Assembly: GCA_018027755.1 (NCBI GenBank)
Contig: GCA_018027755.1_4098.1
Origin: a phage
Length of the DNA stretch: 64,000 nt
Reading direction: 5' to 3' (one strand)
The position numbers and the translations under genes were made by a program. Positions 45,369-54,078 of this stretch are shown here, piece by piece (positions within the stretch are counted from its first letter, which is position 1; every line of letters begins with the position of its first letter). The notes under the pieces are model-generated. The model saw nothing but the letters and a program-made list of their open reading frames with translations. It was not told the origin of the DNA and searched no databases.

Positions 45369-45519
45369 CAAAATATATAGTTAATAACGGTGAGTAACTA
45401 TCTGCTGGTGGAGTGAAAACTATTAATAAAAAAAGTATTGACAAAGTATATCAGTACTGCGATAATGTATCTCGTAGGGCGGCAATGGTGCGACGGCCCA
45501 CAAAGTTAGGAGATTCAAA

Positions 45520-45852
45520 ATGACTACTTCAATCGCTATCGTTAAAGCTTTCATCCGTACTAATGTTTCCTCTGTATTCATCGACGGCCTCGACCGTAAC
45601 GTAGAATACTCAATCATTATCGCACAAACGGCAAACGGTTCTCGGTACATCCTTAATGATAGTGAAGCAAATCACTACTACTTCACTAAAGCCACTGGCT
45701 TTAAACGCATCGATGCTGATGTAGTATACGCTAAGATGAATAAGCTGGTAGATAAGATTAACGCTAAAGGTACTATAGATTTACAGTACTGGACCGAAAC
45801 CGATCCAGAATATGGATCTCACCGCTACCTGAATCCAGGTATTAAAATGTAA
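45520..45852 (+). CDS. hypothetical protein (110 aa)
   Basis: ORF track; AGGAG RBS. Confidence 0.6.
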   Translation: MTTSIAIVKAFIRTNVSSVFIDGLDRNVEYSIIIAQTANGSRYILNDSEANHYYFTKATGFKRIDADVVYAKMNKLVDKINAKGTIDLQYWTETDPEYGSHRYLNPGIKM

Positions 45853-45941
45853 AAAGTACTTGCATAGTACTTAGAATCAAGTATAATGTTTTACATAGAG
45901 AGGGGGAAATGGTTCTCCCTCCTAAATTAAGGAGTTTTATC

Positions 45942-46343
45942 ATGACCTTCTCAATCAATTCCTTCGCTGACGTTTTAGTACTGGCTCGGACTTTCGGTAA
46001 AGATGCACTGGAGTACGCTGTAAGTAATGGTACTATCCAACCGGAACAGTGCCGCATCATTGGAAACTGCAAACGTTGGGCGGTATCCAATACTATTGCA
46101 CTGGAAAACTTCCACGATGGCAACAATGAATATTCTGTTGATGTAGTATTCGAAGCCGTTGATCTCGGCGGTATCTATAATACTAACCTGAATGATGTGC
46201 GTATCGTTCGCACGGGGTTCGGTGCTTATGATGTATCTATTCGTGAAGCTATGAACACCGGATACATTAGCAAGGACTTACTTGCTCACATCATGCAGCT
46301 GTGTACGGAACGTAACGAAGCACGTACTATCTTAGGGCTGTAA
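45942..46343 (+). CDS. hypothetical protein (133 aa)
   Basis: Track ORF trimmed to ATG 45942 after AAGGAG. Confidence 0.6.
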   Translation: MTFSINSFADVLVLARTFGKDALEYAVSNGTIQPEQCRIIGNCKRWAVSNTIALENFHDGNNEYSVDVVFEAVDLGGIYNTNLNDVRIVRTGFGAYDVSIREAMNTGYISKDLLAHIMQLCTERNEARTILGL

Positions 46344-46411
46344 GCAATACACATCACCAAACATCATAGGCCGCTCTCTAGCGGCCTTAACTATATCAGG
46401 AGGGCATACAT

Positions 46412-46621
46412 ATGTTCTATACAGTATACAGCGTTCTAGGCACTATTGCAGGCGTACATGATAACGTCAATGATGCTATGCGTACAGTACTGCAACAGGT
46501 TCCACTAAAGCCTAAGACCATTAAGCAGATGACAGCACGACTAACCAGGGCGACCGATGGCGTGGAAGTATGGCAGGACTACGGGGATACACAGATAATC
46601 GTAAGCGTAACGAAGGATTAA
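46412..46621 (+). CDS. hypothetical protein (69 aa)
   Basis: ORF track; AGGAGGG RBS. Confidence 0.6.
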   Translation: MFYTVYSVLGTIAGVHDNVNDAMRTVLQQVPLKPKTIKQMTARLTRATDGVEVWQDYGDTQIIVSVTKD

Positions 46622-46871
46622 TGCGTAAAGGGATCTAGTACTGATTCAGAAAAAAGTCAAGGCGTTTTTAAAATTATGCGTTAAAAAAATGCATAGGTAA
46701 TCCCTTGACTTTTTTGAAATAAAAGGGATTGGACTATGGCAAAATGCGTAGGGGGCTAAAGGGCGGGTAACCTTAGCGACTTCGATAAAGGGGTATTACG
46801 AATAAAATGTTATTGATTTTTTATACGAATCGTATATTATAGGATTGATATTATTTTTTAATGGAGTCCCT

Positions 46872-47069
46872 ATGCGTATTTTAACTAAAGAACAGCACCA
46901 CGAAAGACTTATCAATAACATGGCTATGATAATGTATAAGTCCCATGACCGTGGTATTGCCTATAAGCGTGAATTAATTATGGCACTATTCATTGGAACT
47001 AACTTTCAGGAAAGGTATGTCAACGATTGGATTTGGTATTTAATTGAAGATATAACGAGTAAACTATGA
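46872..47069 (+). CDS. small protein, tandem family B (LGTNYQE motif)
   Basis: Track ORF trimmed to MRILTKEQ; FIGTNFQERYV motif. Confidence 0.6.
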   Translation: MRILTKEQHHERLINNMAMIMYKSHDRGIAYKRELIMALFIGTNFQERYVNDWIWYLIEDITSKL

Positions 47070-47266
47070 AAATGCGTATTTTAAATAAAGAAGAATATCA
47101 ATCACTGTTACGTAAAAACTTCACAAAGATTTATAATACAGACACACACGTAGAACGAATGGAGTTATACCTTTTGATTACTTTGGGAACTAACTATCAG
47201 GAAAGATGGGTGATTCAATATATGGATACATTGAAAAATAAAATATTGTCCACGAGGAAACAATGA
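47066..47266 (+). CDS. small protein, tandem family B
   Basis: ORF track; ATGA overlap; LGTNYQERWV. Confidence 0.65.
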   Translation: MKMRILNKEEYQSLLRKNFTKIYNTDTHVERMELYLLITLGTNYQERWVIQYMDTLKNKILSTRKQ

Positions 47267-47472
47267 AAACTATAACACGAACCCAATCATACGGTCTTAT
47301 CTTGAAATACATGGACTTAATGGTGGATATCAGCAAAGACCTTCCTAAAACTGAAATTGAAGTTGCAAGAGCAGAGATCCGCATGTTGGCTGTACTGAAC
47401 ACAAACCATCAGGAAGATTATGTTGAAGAATGGATTCGATTTTTAATTCAAGATATAAAGAGTAAATTATGA
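47263..47472 (+). CDS. small protein, tandem family B
   Basis: ORF track; LNTNHQEDYV. Confidence 0.6.
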   Translation: MKTITRTQSYGLILKYMDLMVDISKDLPKTEIEVARAEIRMLAVLNTNHQEDYVEEWIRFLIQDIKSKL

Positions 47473-47684
47473 TTATTATAGAAAACTCATATCAATATAC
47501 TGAACGCATCGCTGCCAGACAACTTGAAATCCTCATAATATACGAAGAGACTTCTGATTTAAACTTAGCCGAGGTATTGGAAAATGATATACTATTGGGT
47601 GCATTCTTAGGAACAGACTATCAGAAGTATTATGAGGAAAAGTATTTGTCATCTCTTGAGAAATATATCAGGAGCAAATTATGA
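47469..47684 (+). CDS. small protein, tandem family B
   Basis: ORF track; LGTDYQKYY. Confidence 0.6.
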   Translation: MIIIENSYQYTERIAARQLEILIIYEETSDLNLAEVLENDILLGAFLGTDYQKYYEEKYLSSLEKYIRSKL

Positions 47685-47893
47685 TTTTTTTAACACCAGA
47701 AGAATATAAGAAACGTTTCAATTCCGCACAGGGTGAAATCTTACTTATATACCTTTCAAATGCAGACCTTAACTTATCAAGGGTATTAGAAAAAGATTTA
47801 CTTATGGGTGCATTCCTTGATACAGACTTTCAGGTGTATTATGTAGGGGAATACTTAATTGCACTTCAGAATTATATCAGGAGTAAACTATGA
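47681..47893 (+). CDS. small protein, tandem family B
   Basis: ORF track; close paralog of 47469..47684. Confidence 0.65.
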   Translation: MIFLTPEEYKKRFNSAQGEILLIYLSNADLNLSRVLEKDLLMGAFLDTDFQVYYVGEYLIALQNYIRSKL

Positions 47894-48117
47894 AACATTT
47901 AAGTAACTCCGAGAAGAATAAAATTATCGTTGCTGCAATAAACAAATATTTTACACTTCCTCACAAAGAAGGTTTATGTGTAAGGGAACACAGGATAAAC
48001 ACCACCGATAAACGCATGATGGCTGTACTGGGGACGAACTTCCAGGAAGAGTATGTTATTGCACACATAGTTGCACTCAAGAATTACATTATGGACAAAT
48101 GTAATGAACATCATTAA
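47890..48117 (+). CDS. small protein, tandem family B
   Basis: ORF track; LGTNFQEEYV. Confidence 0.65.
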   Translation: MKHLSNSEKNKIIVAAINKYFTLPHKEGLCVREHRINTTDKRMMAVLGTNFQEEYVIAHIVALKNYIMDKCNEHH

Positions 48118-48328
48118 TAACTTTGAATACGAGGCCCGTGCTAAGAGTGCCAGAAAAAAAGAGAACACCATTTACTTCACTATGATGTACTTACAATGGA
48201 CTGAAATTGAAGAAAAGGTTGCTGAAGTATGGATGTTGGAATTCATGGGGACGCAGTATCAGAATAGGTTTGCGGGTGAGTATATCAATGTTCTTATGAA
48301 ACAAATAGAAAGAAAGGAAAAGAACTAA
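48104..48328 (+). CDS. small protein, tandem family B
   Basis: Track ORF trimmed to MNIINNFEYE; MGTQYQNRF. Confidence 0.55.
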   Translation: MNIINNFEYEARAKSARKKENTIYFTMMYLQWTEIEEKVAEVWMLEFMGTQYQNRFAGEYINVLMKQIERKEKN

Positions 48329-48486
48329 TGGTTTTCATTAACATATCTGACCAACTCGATACTAAACTAGAAGTCGAGCAGAGTGAGGGAGGGATGTTGT
48401 ACTTTCTTGGAACTTCTCATCAGAATTTTTATATCCATGAACACATAGTTGCACTCACAAATCTAATAAGGGATAAATGTAAATGA
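48328..48486 (+). CDS. small protein, tandem family B (52 aa)
   Basis: Below track cutoff; FLGTSHQNFY motif. Confidence 0.5.
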   Translation: MVFINISDQLDTKLEVEQSEGGMLYFLGTSHQNFYIHEHIVALTNLIRDKCK

Positions 48487-48740
48487 AACACTTGACGAAC
48501 GATGAATATTCACTTAGAATTCGAAAGCTCACCCCAGAAGCAAGAGTAATCTACGATGACGATGCACTTTCATGGAACGAGATGAAAGTTAAAGTTCATG
48601 AGCTATGGTTGCTGTACTTTGTGGGAACCCAATATCAAGAGAAATATTGTACCGATTATCTTGAACAACTAATGGATCTTATACAGATAAAACTAAATGA
48701 ACGAATTGTGGAAAAATATGAAAACTTTATCAAGCACTGA
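48483..48740 (+). CDS. small protein, tandem family B
   Basis: ORF track; VGTQYQEKY. Confidence 0.65.
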   Translation: MKHLTNDEYSLRIRKLTPEARVIYDDDALSWNEMKVKVHELWLLYFVGTQYQEKYCTDYLEQLMDLIQIKLNERIVEKYENFIKH

Positions 48741-48969
48741 GTATCAAACTGCCCTCTTCTCCCTTCTAAACACCCTCCGCACGAACAATAAACTTTATAA
48801 TTCCCGTGAAGCTGATATCGTCAACGCTGATGTATATCTTAATAAATTCATAGGGACTAACTATCAAGAACTGTTCACTCTACGATATATCGCTGCATTG
48901 AGAAACGAAATATCAGATAAAACCCGTCAAGCCAGAAGAGAATGGAATAAACAATGCGACACAGACTAA
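48718..48969 (+). CDS. small protein, tandem family B
   Basis: Track ORF trimmed to MKTLSSTEY; IGTNYQELF. Confidence 0.6.
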   Translation: MKTLSSTEYQTALFSLLNTLRTNNKLYNSREADIVNADVYLNKFIGTNYQELFTLRYIAALRNEISDKTRQARREWNKQCDTD

Positions 48970-49205
48970 ATCACAAAATGTATTGTAAACTATTACAGAC
49001 ACTGGCACAGAAACACTATGACACGGTATCTGGAATATTACCCTATGATATCATGCGTTTACTTCACTGTGAGGCCGAGATGCTTGTACTGATGACTGGC
49101 ACAGATAAAAACGCAATTGCCAAATCTATAGATATGTTCATCGATGCACACTGCCAACACATTAGAACCGAGATATGGAGACGTGAGAATGAAAATCCTG
49201 ACTGA
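48954..49205 (+). CDS. small protein, tandem family B (divergent)
   Basis: ORF track; MTGTDKNAIAK in motif position. Confidence 0.5.
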   Translation: MRHRLNHKMYCKLLQTLAQKHYDTVSGILPYDIMRLLHCEAEMLVLMTGTDKNAIAKSIDMFIDAHCQHIRTEIWRRENENPD

Positions 49206-49404
49206 GCATGAGTATTACAATAGGTTAAGAACTATACAAGGAAAAGTCTCGTGGACTTTTTTAGATAATTCTATTGCAGAAGCGGACCGATGTGTTATAA
49301 TAGCTGAAATGAAGCTATTACTCTTCATTGGGACAAACTATCAAAGTATCTACATAGACGCATGGTTAAGCAGCTTACGTCTGAAGTCGGTGAGTTTAAA
49401 ATGA
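49189..49404 (+). CDS. small protein, tandem family B
   Basis: Track ORF trimmed to MKILTEHEY; IGTNYQSIY. Confidence 0.6.
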   Translation: MKILTEHEYYNRLRTIQGKVSWTFLDNSIAEADRCVIIAEMKLLLFIGTNYQSIYIDAWLSSLRLKSVSLK

Positions 49405-49619
49405 GAAAATTAATAGGTTTCGAATATGTTAAGCTTCTACAAACCTGTGGAATCAGAAGGAGAATGATTCAAAAGGATAAAAAAATTGCCGAAGAACGAA
49501 AGTATATAATGATAACTGAACTTTATGTCTTAACACTCTTAGGCACAAACTATCAACACACTTATGTAGACCTATGGATCGATGCACTACAGAAAGAGGT
49601 TAAAAGTAAATGCAAATGA
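49401..49619 (+). CDS. small protein, tandem family B
   Basis: Track ORF trimmed to MRKLIGFEY; LGTNYQHTYV. Confidence 0.6.
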   Translation: MRKLIGFEYVKLLQTCGIRRRMIQKDKKIAEERKYIMITELYVLTLLGTNYQHTYVDLWIDALQKEVKSKCK

Positions 49620-49828
49620 TTAATTTAAGTAAAGATGAATATTATGAACGTCTTGCAAAAACTTATCCAGCACGTAACGCCGTTTATAATAGTAACATTA
49701 TTGAACGCTCAAAGAAGTTGATTGTAGTAAATGAGATTAAGATGCTTTCAGTCTTAGGAACAAACTATCAAGAGAATGCTGTACTGTTGTTAATTGATGC
49801 CCTCCAGAGAGAGATACAAAGTAAATGA
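49610..49828 (+). CDS. small protein, tandem family B
   Basis: ORF track; MQMINLSKDEY; LGTNYQENAV. Confidence 0.65.
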   Translation: MQMINLSKDEYYERLAKTYPARNAVYNSNIIERSKKLIVVNEIKMLSVLGTNYQENAVLLLIDALQREIQSK

Positions 49829-50073
49829 TTCATTTATCTTACCATGATTATCAAAAACGTTTAAATGCATCAAGGGATATAAGGATTCAAATCTTCAATA
49901 ACAAAAAATTGAAACCTGACACCAGAAGAATCAAAATGATAGAAGCAGAGTTATGCAACTTCCTGGGGACGAACTATCAGGCAGGTAAGGTAAAAAACTA
50001 TCTTAGAGAACTAATGATTTGTATCGAAAATAAATGTGAGGTTGATGAACATGCAAATGATCAATTTAAGTAA
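49825..50073 (+). CDS. small protein, tandem family B
   Basis: ORF track; LGTNYQAGKV. Confidence 0.6.
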   Translation: MIHLSYHDYQKRLNASRDIRIQIFNNKKLKPDTRRIKMIEAELCNFLGTNYQAGKVKNYLRELMICIENKCEVDEHANDQFK

Positions 50074-50314
50074 AGATGAATATACCGAGCGTATGACAAA
50101 AATTACGCACAAACGTAATACAATCTATCACAACCCAGAAATCCAACACAGTAAGAAAATGATTATGATGCGTGAGTTAAAGATGGGTGTATTCTTAGGA
50201 ACAAACTATCAAGATACAGAAGTAAATCGCTTAATCGCGGAGTTACTACTGGAAATCAGAGGTAAGCTGTACTTTCATCAAATGACCCAACCACTGAGGT
50301 GTACTGATCGATGA
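50051..50314 (+). CDS. small protein, tandem family B
   Basis: Track ORF trimmed to MQMINLSKDEYTER; paralog of 49610..49828. Confidence 0.6.
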   Translation: MQMINLSKDEYTERMTKITHKRNTIYHNPEIQHSKKMIMMRELKMGVFLGTNYQDTEVNRLIAELLLEIRGKLYFHQMTQPLRCTDR

Positions 50315-50562
50315 ATGCGATGAATATTGTGAATAACATCAGATTAGCAGAAAGATTTGATAGAATTGGGGAAGCACTGAGAAGATACGATAAAGAATAT
50401 GGTCATTTGAGCTTTTCTATAGAAAAGAGATATGAACTTGAAGCAGAGTTTAAAATGCAGAGTCTCTTAGGCACACAGTATCAAAACCAATATATTCAAA
50501 CTTGGATTGATTGTTTAATCCAGACAATTTACGTAAGAAACATTAAATGCAAAATGAAATGA
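50311..50562 (+). CDS. small protein, tandem family B
   Basis: ORF track; LGTQYQNQYI. Confidence 0.6.
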   Translation: MNAMNIVNNIRLAERFDRIGEALRRYDKEYGHLSFSIEKRYELEAEFKMQSLLGTQYQNQYIQTWIDCLIQTIYVRNIKCKMK

Positions 50563-50807
50563 TATACTTAACCTATAATGAATACGTCGAGAGATTAGTT
50601 CGTGCCAAGAGATATACCAATAAACGTCCAATTGACCTAAACCAAACCCCAGCAGAAAGGAGTGCAGAAGTATTATTCCAATCACTACCATATCTTCTGG
50701 GAACTGATAGACAAGAGGAATATGTTGCACGTATGATTAGATATCTTAAAATCACTATTAAGGAAAAAGTAAATGCAAATGCAAATGAAATACTTAACAG
50801 ACGATGA
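50547..50807 (+). CDS. small protein, tandem family B
   Basis: ORF track; LGTDRQEEYV; paralog of next gene. Confidence 0.6.
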   Translation: MQNEMIYLTYNEYVERLVRAKRYTNKRPIDLNQTPAERSAEVLFQSLPYLLGTDRQEEYVARMIRYLKITIKEKVNANANEILNRR

Positions 50808-51030
50808 GTTAAAAGAACGACTAATTAAATCCAGAAAACTTACAAATCAACTTCCAAACGACACAAACAAGTCACATGCCGAAAGGAGTGCAGAAGTTTT
50901 ATACATTCAACTCATGTACTTTCTTGGAACTGACAGACAAGAGTATTACATTGAAAGTATGCTTCGATATCTTAAATTCTCTATAAAGGAAAAGATACAT
51001 GCTCAAGAATTTAAAAATCCTAACAGTTAA
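50773..51030 (+). CDS. small protein, tandem family B
   Basis: ORF track; LGTDRQEYYI. Confidence 0.6.
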   Translation: MQMQMKYLTDDELKERLIKSRKLTNQLPNDTNKSHAERSAEVLYIQLMYFLGTDRQEYYIESMLRYLKFSIKEKIHAQEFKNPNS

Positions 51031-51256
51031 TGAATATCATACGATTGTAATGAAAACTAATAGTGAAATTTCTAAAAAATCAAACCCAAAGTACATACTG
51101 GAACACACATTCGAAGAACGCCAATTAGCTCTAGTTGAAGCAAAACTTCTTGCACTCCTAGGAACAAACTATCAGGAAGAATACATCAGAAAACTAATAT
51201 ACCTTTTAACTAAACACATCAGGAAAAGAAAAAAGCATGAAGCACTTGACAGATGA
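50999..51256 (+). CDS. small protein, tandem family B
   Basis: ORF track; LGTNYQEEYI. Confidence 0.65.
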   Translation: MLKNLKILTVNEYHTIVMKTNSEISKKSNPKYILEHTFEERQLALVEAKLLALLGTNYQEEYIRKLIYLLTKHIRKRKKHEALDR

Positions 51257-51467
51257 TGAACATGGGCTTATAGTAATGGATGTAATCAACATCGAATACA
51301 AAAAGTTGATACGCTACCGTTGTTATGAAGATAAGCAACTCGTTCTAGCAGAACAGAAGTTGTTTCGACTCTTAAACACAAACTTCCAAGCACAATACGA
51401 AGAATCGTATATGTACCTTTTGGCGAGGAAAGCAAAAAGAGATTATGAAAATTTTAAGCAAAGGTGA
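51237..51467 (+). CDS. small protein, tandem family B
   Basis: ORF track; LNTNFQAQY. Confidence 0.6.
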   Translation: MKHLTDDEHGLIVMDVINIEYKKLIRYRCYEDKQLVLAEQKLFRLLNTNFQAQYEESYMYLLARKAKRDYENFKQR

Positions 51468-51660
51468 TTCAGTAATATTACTTATAGAGAGTTCAAGTAA
51501 ATTCTTAAACATAACACTGTCTGATATAGATGAAGATGACAAAGAAGTACTGAGAGCAGATTTAAGAGTACTGTTACATATCGGAACAAACCTACAAGAA
51601 GAATATGTAGAGTGCTACATCAATGAACTTAAAGAATTAGTACTGAGAAAATGCAAATGA
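51445..51660 (+). CDS. small protein, tandem family B
   Basis: ORF track; IGTNLQEEYV. Confidence 0.6.
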   Translation: MKILSKGDSVILLIESSSKFLNITLSDIDEDDKEVLRADLRVLLHIGTNLQEEYVECYINELKELVLRKCK

Positions 51661-51878
51661 AAATCATTACCGATGCAGAATACCTAACAATCATAAATGG
51701 ACTGTTTTTGAAGCTCTTCGTCATTAACACATCAGATATACCAGATATGGATAAAATTATTAAGAGAAATGAAGTCTATGTTCTAGCTACCCTTGGAACG
51801 AACTATCAAGAACACGACATTAAAGATTATATTAATACACTTAAACGAGCGATTGAACTAAAATGCCAAAACCACTAG
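51651..51878 (+). CDS. small protein, tandem family B
   Basis: ORF track; LGTNYQEHDI. Confidence 0.65.
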   Translation: MQMKIITDAEYLTIINGLFLKLFVINTSDIPDMDKIIKRNEVYVLATLGTNYQEHDIKDYINTLKRAIELKCQNH

Positions 51879-52078
51879 GAACAGCAGAATACATTGAACT
51901 AATGGGATTACACTTCTCATCCTTTCAGAAACTTATGCGAGAATCAAAGAATGATTTAGAATATACCATCAGAGGTTCCGATTTAAGAATGCTTCTCACC
52001 CTAGACACAGATTCCCAAGAGCGATTTGTCAATGAGCATATTAGAGCACTTTTAATGGAAATTCAAAGTAAACTATGA
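51863..52078 (+). CDS. small protein, tandem family B
   Basis: ORF track; LDTDSQERFV. Confidence 0.55.
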   Translation: MPKPLGTAEYIELMGLHFSSFQKLMRESKNDLEYTIRGSDLRMLLTLDTDSQERFVNEHIRALLMEIQSKL

Positions 52079-52290
52079 AGGTAATATCAAATCAAGAGTA
52101 CTTGGCACTATTCAGGAAGAATAATCACAAATATATGGCACTTGATTCAAGAACTGATATAAGTGAACTTGAAAAAAATCTTTTGCGTTCAGATATGATA
52201 GTACTGACACTCTTAGGAACACAGCATCAAGAGAGAACTGTTAATTCACACATAGAAATACTTAAGAAGCTTATACAGGAAAAGTTATGA
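52075..52290 (+). CDS. small protein, tandem family B
   Basis: ORF track; LGTQHQERTV. Confidence 0.6.
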   Translation: MKVISNQEYLALFRKNNHKYMALDSRTDISELEKNLLRSDMIVLTLLGTQHQERTVNSHIEILKKLIQEKL

Positions 52291-52508
52291 GAATCATAAC
52301 ACAACAAGATATTCTTAAGTTCACAAGGGTTCATGCATCTGAATTTGATGCTATATTATCAAAAAGTTACAACAACCCTTATACACAAGATGTACACTAC
52401 AATGAATTATGGGTGTATATACTTTTAGGTACAGATCATCAAGAGCAAGCAGTACAGAAGTATTTGTTAGCTTTACGTGATGCTACTGCTAATGGAGTAC
52501 GTGTTTAA
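52287..52508 (+). CDS. small protein, tandem family B
   Basis: ORF track; LGTDHQEQAV. Confidence 0.6.
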   Translation: MRIITQQDILKFTRVHASEFDAILSKSYNNPYTQDVHYNELWVYILLGTDHQEQAVQKYLLALRDATANGVRV

Positions 52509-52509
52509 T

Positions 52510-52752
52510 ATGAAAGTACTGACAGAACTAGAAATGTATCATAGATTTAATAAGTACTATCATTTACTTAAGCCTATACAGAGGATTAAATGTCCATTTG
52601 AAGAGAAACAGGTTTTAATCTATGAGCACAAGTTCTTTGTATCATTAGGTACAGATCAACAAGAGTACTATTTGACGTTGTACTTGATTACATTAATAGA
52701 TTTAATTTACTATAAAACCAAACAAGCTAATAAAGAGAAATATGAAAACTAA
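52510..52752 (+). CDS. small protein, tandem family B
   Basis: Track ORF trimmed to MKVLTELEMY; LGTDQQEYYL. Confidence 0.6.
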   Translation: MKVLTELEMYHRFNKYYHLLKPIQRIKCPFEEKQVLIYEHKFFVSLGTDQQEYYLTLYLITLIDLIYYKTKQANKEKYEN

Positions 52753-53086
52753 TATACAACTCAAGGTATATAAATCATTTGAACATACATATATCAAAAG
52801 TAGTCTATGTAGAGATGTAATGGATTACAAGGGTAAGCCATTCACAATTACTTATGATTCTTATGTTGATGATTTATATATATCATTTGTTAATTACGAA
52901 AATAAAATATACAAGCACGTTGATATTAAAGATTTAAGTACTTTATCTGAAGAGGAATACTTTCAGGAATCATTAGTATGGGATTTAGAGTTTCCTATGC
53001 CATTAGTACATAAGATGATAGTACTAATGAAAGAATCTAAACAGGAGCCTAATGGTGATTATGAAGAACACACAGTTGAGTATTAA
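52742..53086 (+). CDS. tandem family C protein (acidic-aromatic-FQ-x-SL motif)
   Basis: ORF track; SEEEYFQESLVWD. Confidence 0.6.
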   Translation: MKTNIQLKVYKSFEHTYIKSSLCRDVMDYKGKPFTITYDSYVDDLYISFVNYENKIYKHVDIKDLSTLSEEEYFQESLVWDLEFPMPLVHKMIVLMKESKQEPNGDYEEHTVEY

Positions 53087-53456
53087 AAGTACTGATAATA
53101 TTAAGAGTTATACAAGCTCAAGTACTGTGACAATCGAAGTGAATTCTATTAATGCTGGTAATGCAGTAGATAAGTTCTTTATTGCTCAAGGGTACAGGAA
53201 AGATATTCATCAATATTGTTCAGTATATGGGGAGTACAATAGTACTGAAGATATAATTTATTGGTCAACACATCAAGATTATCTAACTAAAATTGGAGTC
53301 CCAGATGTTAGTACTTTATCTGAAGAAGAATACTTTCAGTACAGCTTAATATGTGATGTACCTATACCTTTAGGGTTAATCAAGGGTATACAGGAAGAGG
53401 TTCATAAGCTTAAATCCATGAGTAAAGGTACTTTCATTAGAACAGTGCAATACTAG
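53052..53456 (+). CDS. tandem family C protein
   Basis: ORF track; SEEEYFQYSLICD; paralog of previous. Confidence 0.6.
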   Translation: MVIMKNTQLSIKSTDNIKSYTSSSTVTIEVNSINAGNAVDKFFIAQGYRKDIHQYCSVYGEYNSTEDIIYWSTHQDYLTKIGVPDVSTLSEEEYFQYSLICDVPIPLGLIKGIQEEVHKLKSMSKGTFIRTVQY

Positions 53457-53457
53457 C

Positions 53458-53486
53458 TTGACAGTACTTTTCATTACTGATATAGT
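53458..53486 (+). promoter_or_regulatory. sigma70-like promoter (TTGACA-N17-TATAGT)
   Basis: -35 53458-53463, -10 53481-53486, before ATG 53516. Confidence 0.5.
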
Positions 53487-53515
53487 ACACTAACGTTAAT
53501 CATAGGGTAAAAATT

Positions 53516-53761
53516 ATGTTAAATTTTTTAAATTTCCTTATCGTTTTGTGTATTGTTCTTGGGATTGCACCATTTGTATTGTATTTCATGGATTCAGATG
53601 AAATGCAGAAGATGAATTGCACAAGGACAGGACAGAGTAGAGAAGAGACGATTCTTATGCCTGTTACGGTTATTGTTAACAACATGCCCATTACAAACAT
53701 GGTCCCTACCCTAACGACAACGTACCAGTACTCTTGTGCTGACGGAGAGAGGTGGAGATGA
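53516..53761 (+). CDS. small membrane-anchored protein (81 aa)
   Basis: ORF track; hydrophobic N-terminal helix; own promoter. Confidence 0.55.
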   Translation: MLNFLNFLIVLCIVLGIAPFVLYFMDSDEMQKMNCTRTGQSREETILMPVTVIVNNMPITNMVPTLTTTYQYSCADGERWR

Positions 53762-54078
53762 AATTTAATATAGCAAAAACATCGAGTATATGTATTTTTG
53801 GTTATGCAGAAGAGTTAGGTGATATTGACATTCTTTTGTACAAAAAGGATGGTGTTATGCATTTCAAGTACCAGGATGAAGAGGCAGACAATTATCTTTT
53901 ACCTAATTTAGTACAAATGCAGGAAGAGGAATTATTCCAGTACAGCTTAGTATACGACATTGATATTTGCACGATGCCAGTACTAATTAGTATTCAAAAA
54001 GTGATGCTCGATATGTATGATAAGCTAATACAAGGTACATCAGGGAGAATCATTGAAATCGATATACAAGACAATTAA
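53752..54078 (+). CDS. tandem family C protein
   Basis: ORF track; EEELFQYSLVYD. Confidence 0.6.
   Translation: MEMKFNIAKTSSICIFGYAEELGDIDILLYKKDGVMHFKYQDEEADNYLLPNLVQMQEEELFQYSLVYDIDICTMPVLISIQKVMLDMYDKLIQGTSGRIIEIDIQDN

Noticed and set aside
27273-47402. Minus-strand track ORFs in the early region and family B array (27273..27581, 27896..28147, 29214..29453, 33152..33361, 33416..33739, 35136..35411, 37692..37985, 40181..40453, 43953..44297, 45842..46126, 47190..47402 and others)
   Set aside because: Each is antisense to a plus-strand gene that has a promoter, leader hairpin and RBS; no minus-strand promoter or RBS is present.
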